A stretch of 64,000 nt of DNA from Gammaproteobacteria bacterium (GTDB taxonomy: Bacteria; Pseudomonadota; Gammaproteobacteria; JBCCGL01). The notes under the pieces were generated by a model. The model had not been told where the DNA came from. It saw nothing but the letters and a program-made list of their open reading frames with translations, and did not search any database. The position numbers were made by a program, and so were the translations under genes. Below, piece after piece: positions 58,167-64,000 of the stretch (positions are counted from its first letter, which is position 1; each line of letters begins with the position of its first letter). The stretch is from contig OZ255836.1 of assembly GCA_965277715.1 (NCBI GenBank), positions 4,192,001-4,256,000 on the forward strand, written 5' to 3'.

Positions 58167-59230
58167 GTGGCTCACAACTGTGGCAGACATTGTGTGAGGC
58201 AGGCTTAGTGTCGGGCGCGATGCCAGAGGCCGGTGATACCCATTCGCCTTGGTATATCGCCGTCTTAATGGCTATCCTGGGATGGCTTGCCGCCGTATTT
58301 CTCCTTGGGTTCATCTTTGGGGGGTTGGGCATTCTCGAAAACCCGGTGGCCTTGTTCATCGTTGGTAGCCTGATGATCGGTGGCGCTTACCTGTTGTTGC
58401 GAAATAATCAGGCTGTCTTTGCCGAATACTTTTCTTTGACTGTCAGCCTGGCCGGGCAGGTATTAGTACTATGGGGGCTCTTCCTGTCGAACGATGCTGA
58501 AACATACCTCTTCTGGTTCACGATGATGACACTACATAGTGCACTGGCCTTTTTTATGCCGGGGGCTGTGCACCGGGTGTTTTCGGCTTATTTCGCCTGT
58601 ATTGCTTTTATCGCGCTCTTAACTCTCTCGGGTGCGCAGCATCTTGGTGCCGGGCTGATACTGGGTTGTGTTGTATGGCTATGGTTAGCCGAATTTCGTT
58701 ACGTCAAATACATGCCACAAATTCGTAGTGTGGGGTACGGATTGGTATTGGCATTACTCACTATCAAAGGCTTGTTGCTCGTACCATTCTTCAGTGATAT
58801 CTGGTGGAGTGACAGTCCCCAGCCCGATATCTGGGTTCAGCCCTGGGCGGGGCAACTACTATCTGGTCTTGTTTTAGTTTATCTGGCCTGGCAGTTGCTG
58901 CATCGGCAGCATTGCGCGCCTGACAACAACCCGACGCCCCGAACCCTGGTTGCCGGATTGGGTGCTGCCGTTATTATTGCCGCTGCCTCATTTGAGGCAG
59001 CCGGTATTATTGTCGGTATCGTTATATTGCTACTTGGTTTTGTCGGCAGTAATCGAGTGCTTTTTGGTCTGGGTGGTGCCTCATTATTATTTTACATTTC
59101 GGCCTACTACTACCTGCTCGACAACACATTGTTGGTTAAATCAATGTCGTTGCTATCGCTTGCTATTGTGTTATTTGGTTGCCGGTTTTGTCTGAACCGA
59201 TTGGTAAAGGAGAGGCCTGTCGATGCGTAG
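58163..59230 (+). CDS. DUF4401-type membrane protein
   Basis: SPWYI, SLAGQ and YYYLLDNTLLVKS motifs; ATGA overlap. Confidence 0.8.
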   Translation: MSGSQLWQTLCEAGLVSGAMPEAGDTHSPWYIAVLMAILGWLAAVFLLGFIFGGLGILENPVALFIVGSLMIGGAYLLLRNNQAVFAEYFSLTVSLAGQVLVLWGLFLSNDAETYLFWFTMMTLHSALAFFMPGAVHRVFSAYFACIAFIALLTLSGAQHLGAGLILGCVVWLWLAEFRYVKYMPQIRSVGYGLVLALLTIKGLLLVPFFSDIWWSDSPQPDIWVQPWAGQLLSGLVLVYLAWQLLHRQHCAPDNNPTPRTLVAGLGAAVIIAAASFEAAGIIVGIVILLLGFVGSNRVLFGLGGASLLFYISAYYYLLDNTLLVKSMSLLSLAIVLFGCRFCLNRLVKERPVDA

Positions 59231-59756
59231 AAATTTAGCATTGCTCTCGATGGTGGTGATTCTGGCTGGCATTAACGGATCGATCTGGAATAAAGAAAAG
59301 CACCTCGCGATGGGTGATATTGTTTATCTCGATCTAGTGCCGGTTGATCCGCGCTCATTAATGCAGGGCGATTATATGGCCTTGCGTTTTCGCATCGGCG
59401 AGGAGGTTTATCAGGCCTTGCCAAAAAGTGAGGAATATAAGCGTTGGCGTCATAATGCCGACGCTGAAGATGGCTATGTCGTCGTCGCGCTGGATGATAG
59501 AAGCATCGCCCGGTTTAAACGGTTGTACAGCGAGGGCGAACCGCTAGCTGAAAACGAATTGCGATTGCGTTATCGGGTTCGCAATGGTGCGGTCAAGTTC
59601 GCGACCAATGCGTTTTTCTTTGAAGAGGGTCAGGGTGAGGTGTATCAGCCTGCTCGCTATGGTCAATTTCGAGCCGATGAATCGGGTGAGCTGTTACTGG
59701 TTGCGATGTACGATAAGGATCTGCTTAAGCTTGAAGCCAATGGGGAAGGTTCGTAA
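59223..59756 (+). CDS. GDYXXLXY-domain protein
   Basis: LVPVDPRSLMQGDYMALRF motif; N-terminal anchor. Confidence 0.9.
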   Translation: MRRNLALLSMVVILAGINGSIWNKEKHLAMGDIVYLDLVPVDPRSLMQGDYMALRFRIGEEVYQALPKSEEYKRWRHNADAEDGYVVVALDDRSIARFKRLYSEGEPLAENELRLRYRVRNGAVKFATNAFFFEEGQGEVYQPARYGQFRADESGELLLVAMYDKDLLKLEANGEGS

Positions 59757-59758
59757 CC

Positions 59759-60502
59759 TTATTGGGGTAGCTTTTCCTGAGCTGAAGTTTCCCTTGCATC
59801 GAATTCGGCGATTCTCTCATCGCCGCACTTTCCCACTACCTCGTGCAGCTTTTTTACATAAGGCATTAACACAGCCAATTGTTCACGGGTGATTTTATAA
59901 CGCCGATCATAGCGTGCGCCGATATAGGCGTAGTCCAATAACTCAAATAATGTTCTTTGTGCGTCGGTTTCGCGGGGTAGCACACCGATAAGATCAGGGC
60001 AGTAGTCTGCGGCTAAATCCTCCAGAATATCGAGGTGGTGTTCTTGCGGGCTTTCAGCGGCGAAGATCAGCAAAATGGTTTTATAGGCGTGTTCGCATGC
60101 CTGGTGTAATTCAAATGCAGCCAGCTTGTAACTCTCCCGGTCAAAGTTTGTATTGCTGCTGATAAAAAACTCTTTGGCAAATACAAACACTTCATCCAGA
60201 TCGGCCTGGATAAGCCGCTTCTCCTGCGCAGGGGCTCGCACTCGATTTTGATCAAATTCCAGATTGCCGCTGTCATACAGCGATATGCCCTGCTGTATGA
60301 TTTCGGTAAAAAAATATTGCCCCTGGCGGAGCTTGTAATTGATGAAGTCAATATCTCGGGCAAGAATGCGCACGTAGGCGCTGACGTTTAACCCCGCGCA
60401 GGCGTCTTTGATTGTGTCCCAAAGTGCGATATTTGTCGCGATATACTCGTGGCGGGTAACGGCAAGGATGTCGTAGTCGCTCCTTTGTAGACATTGGGGC
60501 TT
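59759..60502 (-). pseudogene. 5'-truncated MNT-HEPN fusion gene
   Basis: Open frame from 60502 has SDYDILAV (second half of the nucleotidyltransferase motif) and HEPN AAFELHQACE..AYIGARY; the GS motif and a start codon upstream of the MNT half-motif are absent. Confidence 0.7.
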
Positions 60503-60621
60503 TTATATCGGGTACTTTGCAGGGAATGGTGGCAGGCAAGCCGGTGTTACAGGTAATATGCTGCCCGTGCCAGGCCGTGCAGCGGCTTAGGTTAAAAACC
60601 CAAAAAAACCTGGAGGAAGCA

Positions 60622-61761
60622 ATGAAAAAAATCTTATCTGGTATCGCCGCAGCCGGGCTGGCGATGTGTGTGTCGACAGCCTCGATGGCGACGGTGAAAA
60701 TTGGCATGATTACCACGCTGTCCGGCGGTGGTTCCGGGCTGGGCATCGATGTGCGCGATGGCTTTATGCTGGCGGTTTCGCAGTCGGGCCGCGACGATAT
60801 TGAGGTGTTGATTGAAGACGATACCCGCAAGCCCGATGTCGCTAAGAAAATCGCCAATAAGTTTATCCAAAAAGATAAGGTGCAAATTCTCACGGGTATT
60901 ATCTGGTCTAACCTGGCGATGGCCGTGGTGCCCGCCGCCGTGCGCGAGGGGGTGTTTTACCTCAGTCCCAACGCGGGCCCTTCGCAGTTAGCGGGCAAGG
61001 GTTGCCATGAAAATTACTTCAACGTCGCCTGGCAGAATGACAATCTGCACGAGGCGATGGGCGGTTATGCCAGTGAGAGCGCCTACAAAAATACGTTTAT
61101 TCTGGCGCCAAATTACCCGGCGGGAAAAGACGCCCTGACCGGCTATAAACGTTTCTATAAGGGCGCGATTGCCGGTGAGATCTATACCAAGCTGGGGCAA
61201 AAGGATTACGCCGCCGAGATTGCCCAGGTGCGTGCGGCAAACCCGGATTCGATTTTCTTTTTTCTGCCGGGCGGTATGGGTATTTCGTTTATGAAACAGC
61301 TCGCCCAGTCCGGTATCGATGTGCCGGTACTCGGCCCGGCTTTTTCCTTTGATCAGGGCATTTTAAAGGCGGTGGGTGATGCGGCGCTGGGGGTTAAGAA
61401 TGCCTCGCAGTGGAATAAGGATATCGATAACAGTGCGAATAAAGCCTTTGTCGACAGCTTTCAAAAAGAATATGGCCGTCTGCCGTCGCTGTATGCCTCG
61501 CAGGGGTATGACACCGCCCGCTTGATTCTCGCCGCGCTGGATAAAGCCAGTGTCGACGATGCCGCCGGTTTTCGTGACGCGCTGAAAGCGGCTGATTTTG
61601 ACTCGGTGCGCGGTAAGTTTTCATTCGCTAAAAACAACCACCCGATTCAGGATATTTATGTGCGCGAGGTGGTCAGGGAGGGCGATGTATTGACCAATAA
61701 GATTATCAGTGTGGGCCTCAAAGACCACGCCAATGCGTATGTGGATGACTGCACTTTATAA
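60622..61761 (+). CDS. Branched-chain amino acid-type ABC substrate-binding protein
   Basis: Signal peptide; KIGMITTLSG, TGIIWSN and APNYPAGKD motifs; GGAGG RBS. Confidence 0.92.
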   Translation: MKKILSGIAAAGLAMCVSTASMATVKIGMITTLSGGGSGLGIDVRDGFMLAVSQSGRDDIEVLIEDDTRKPDVAKKIANKFIQKDKVQILTGIIWSNLAMAVVPAAVREGVFYLSPNAGPSQLAGKGCHENYFNVAWQNDNLHEAMGGYASESAYKNTFILAPNYPAGKDALTGYKRFYKGAIAGEIYTKLGQKDYAAEIAQVRAANPDSIFFFLPGGMGISFMKQLAQSGIDVPVLGPAFSFDQGILKAVGDAALGVKNASQWNKDIDNSANKAFVDSFQKEYGRLPSLYASQGYDTARLILAALDKASVDDAAGFRDALKAADFDSVRGKFSFAKNNHPIQDIYVREVVREGDVLTNKIISVGLKDHANAYVDDCTL

Positions 61762-61770
61762 ACCGCTTTT

Positions 61771-61796
61771 TCCGGGTTGCAGATCTGCAACCCGGA
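61771..61796. terminator. Perfect 26-bp palindrome after the SBP gene (mRNA stabiliser/attenuator)
   Basis: TCCGGGTTGCAGATCTGCAACCCGGA. Confidence 0.7.
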
Positions 61797-61803
61797 CGCT
61801 TCA

Positions 61804-62730
61804 ATGACCTTTGCGCTTTTTCTTGAGCAGCTATTAAACGGCCTACAGCTCGGCATTATGTTGTTTTTGACGGCGGCCGGGTTGACCCTGGTTTTTGGGG
61901 TGATGGGGCTGATTAATCTGGCGCACGGTTCGCTGTATATGACCGGCGCGTTTTTTTGTGCCTGGGTGTCTCAGGTTTCCGGTTCGTTCTGGCTGGGGCT
62001 GGTGGCCGGTTTGCTGTGTGCCGCCGCTGCCGGTGCGCTGATTGAGGTGTTGGTTGTGCGCACCCTGTATGACCGTGGGCACCTCGACCAGGTGTTGGCC
62101 ACGTTTGCCTTGATTCTGATTTTCAGTGAAGGGGCCAGCCTGTTGTTTGGCGCCCGGCCACTTTACCTGGATATACCCGCGCTGCTCTCCGGTGCTGTGG
62201 CGTTGCCAGGGGGTGGTCAGTACCCGGTTTATCGCCTGGCGATTATCGCTATTGGCCTGCTGTTGGCGGTGGCTTTGTATTATCTGATTACACAAACCCG
62301 GCTCGGGATGCGTATCCGGGCGGGGGAGTCTGATCGGGAGATGATCGGGGCGCTCGGCGTGAATATCAAAAATCTGTACACCTTGGTCTTTGCTCTGGGG
62401 GCCGGGCTTGCCGGTGTCGCCGGAGGGCTGGTGGGGGCGATTCAGTCGGTGCAGGTGGGTATGGGGGAGCCTGTGCTGATTTTGTCATTTGTGGTGATTG
62501 TTATCGGTGGTATTGGCTCGATTAAGGGCGCCCTGGTCGGCGCGGTGCTGGTCGGCGTTGTCGATACCATGGGCCGGGTGTTTTTGCCGGGGTTTTTCAA
62601 GTTGTTCTTACCCGCAGCCGAGGCCACGGCAATTGGCAGCTCGTTGTCGTCGGTGGCGATTTACGTGCTGATGGCGGGGGTGTTGCTATGGCGGCCAAAG
62701 GGTTTGTTTCCCGCTAACGGGCACCACTGA
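61804..62730 (+). CDS. Liv-type ABC permease (LivH-like)
   Basis: GLTLVFGVMGLINLAHG, VIGGIGS and RPKGLF motifs. Confidence 0.92.
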   Translation: MTFALFLEQLLNGLQLGIMLFLTAAGLTLVFGVMGLINLAHGSLYMTGAFFCAWVSQVSGSFWLGLVAGLLCAAAAGALIEVLVVRTLYDRGHLDQVLATFALILIFSEGASLLFGARPLYLDIPALLSGAVALPGGGQYPVYRLAIIAIGLLLAVALYYLITQTRLGMRIRAGESDREMIGALGVNIKNLYTLVFALGAGLAGVAGGLVGAIQSVQVGMGEPVLILSFVVIVIGGIGSIKGALVGAVLVGVVDTMGRVFLPGFFKLFLPAAEATAIGSSLSSVAIYVLMAGVLLWRPKGLFPANGHH

Positions 62731-62731
62731 A

Positions 62732-63787
62732 ATGAGCAGTCAACGACCAGAGCAGTGGATCAACGGTGTACTGTTTGGTCTGTTGGTCGCCTGCCCGTTG
62801 CTGGCCAGCGCTTTGGATGAAGCGTTTTATATTTCCCTGACTACGCAAATTGTTGTACTGGCGATGGCCGGTGTGGGGCTTAATCTGGCGCTCGGTGTGG
62901 GGGGGATGGTCAGCTTTGGGCACGCGGCTTTTTTTGGTCTCGGTGGTTATGTGGCGGGTATTTTCGCCTACCATGCGTTTGAGTCCTCGCTGTTGTTTAG
63001 CTGGCCGTTTGCCGTTGCGGGCAGCGATCAGTTGTTGTTGATCTGGCCGGTGGCGCTGTTGGTGAGTGCTGTGGTTGCGCTGTTTATCGGTGCTTTGTCG
63101 CTGCGCACGGCGGGGGTGTACTTTATTATGATTACCCTCGCTTTTGCACAAATGATCTATTACCTGGCGGTGTCTGTGCCCACCTATGGCGGTGAGGATG
63201 GTTTGTCGATTTACCTGCGCAATCAATTGCCTTTGGTGGATACGGGTAACCCGCTGGTGTTTTGTTTTATCTGTATTGCGCTGTTGTTTTTGGTTTTGCA
63301 TATTTTCTGGCGTATTAACGGCTCGCGTTTTGGGGTGGCCTTGCAGGCATCGCACAGCAATTCGGTACGGCTCGCCACGGTCGGTATCGCGCCCTTTAGG
63401 GTGCAGCTAACGGCCTTTGTTATCTCCGCGATGATGACCGGCTTGGCGGGGGCTTTGTATGCGGATTTAAATGGTTTTGTCGGGCCATCGATGTTGTCCT
63501 GGCAGCGCTCCGGGGAGATTATGGTGATCGTGATTCTCGGTGGCGTGGGGCGGCTCGCCGGGCCGCTTGTGGGGGCTGTTGTGTTAGTTCTGTTGGAGAC
63601 TTTTTTGGGTGAGTGGACGGCACACTGGCAAATCTTCCTCGGCTTTGCATTGCTGGGTATTGTGCTGTACGCCAGAGGTGGGGTGATGGGTTTGTTGTTG
63701 TCGGTTATCTCCCGCGTGGCGCATCGGCTGGCGAATGGCGGGCCGAATCGTCGGGGTACAACTCTCTCAGAGAATCGGCATGGATAA
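62732..63787 (+). CDS. Liv-type ABC permease (LivM-like)
   Basis: SFGHAAFFGLG, YFIMITLAFAQ and GGEDG motifs. Confidence 0.92.
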   Translation: MSSQRPEQWINGVLFGLLVACPLLASALDEAFYISLTTQIVVLAMAGVGLNLALGVGGMVSFGHAAFFGLGGYVAGIFAYHAFESSLLFSWPFAVAGSDQLLLIWPVALLVSAVVALFIGALSLRTAGVYFIMITLAFAQMIYYLAVSVPTYGGEDGLSIYLRNQLPLVDTGNPLVFCFICIALLFLVLHIFWRINGSRFGVALQASHSNSVRLATVGIAPFRVQLTAFVISAMMTGLAGALYADLNGFVGPSMLSWQRSGEIMVIVILGGVGRLAGPLVGAVVLVLLETFLGEWTAHWQIFLGFALLGIVLYARGGVMGLLLSVISRVAHRLANGGPNRRGTTLSENRHG

Positions 63788-63910
63788 GCCACGCTTAGGT
63801 GTTTGCGCCGGTCTGGCCCGGCGGTCGTTTTCCCCTGCACGCAAAGGCGAAAGGGTGCGGTTTTGGTAGCGAAAGAACGTGGCAATAGCCTCTGGGATAA
63901 ACCAGTGGAA

Positions 63911-64000
63911 GTGGCTGAACCACGCTTGCGGCTCGATGGGGTGAGTAAGTCATTTGGGGCGATTCGTGCCACAGATGATGTGTCGTTGGCTTTTGCGGAT
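63911..64000 (+). CDS. Liv-type ABC ATP-binding protein, 5' part
   Basis: MAEPRLRLDGVSKSFGAIRATDDVSL; runs off the window. Confidence 0.75.
   Translation, partial: MAEPRLRLDGVSKSFGAIRATDDVSLAFAD

Overview
Chromosomal window from a Gammaproteobacterium, probably marine; the sulfur-dioxygenase-like and CbbQ/CbbO-like genes hint at sulfur metabolism, but this is inference. 1-13.1 kb is an intact dcw cell-wall/division cluster (end of murE, murF, mraY, murD, ftsW, murG, murC, ddl, ftsQ, ftsA, ftsZ, lpxC). The rest is a mosaic of housekeeping and transport genes: pyrD, holA, a TRAP-amidase operon, RND efflux, fpr, a Gld-like ABC transporter, moaC/D/E, DegQ and a Liv-type ABC transporter. These are interspersed with gene debris (Uma2, Fic, Phd, class IV aminotransferase, DUF3368 PIN, MNT-HEPN). 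The most distinctive signals are: (i) at least three families of transposase-less miniature inverted-repeat elements, including a 177/100/89/27-bp series with TNA target duplications, one copy of which rebuilds the start codon of an RND pump; (ii) a 790-bp non-coding composite element (two inverted MITEs around a nested 440-bp GGGG...CCCC element) that splits a PIN gene with a clean TAA duplication; (iii) a low-GC, translationally coupled surface-lipoprotein plus beta-barrel pair; (iv) an MFS transporter read in frame with a triple-Rid-domain protein; (v) an orphan CbbQ/CbbO-type AAA+/VWA pair; (vi) an AbiE type IV TA locus whose toxin has D->N in the catalytic motif, next to a 7x13-bp tandem array. 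No rRNA, tRNA, CRISPR array or transposase was recognised. All protein calls come from motif recognition by eye, with no database searches.
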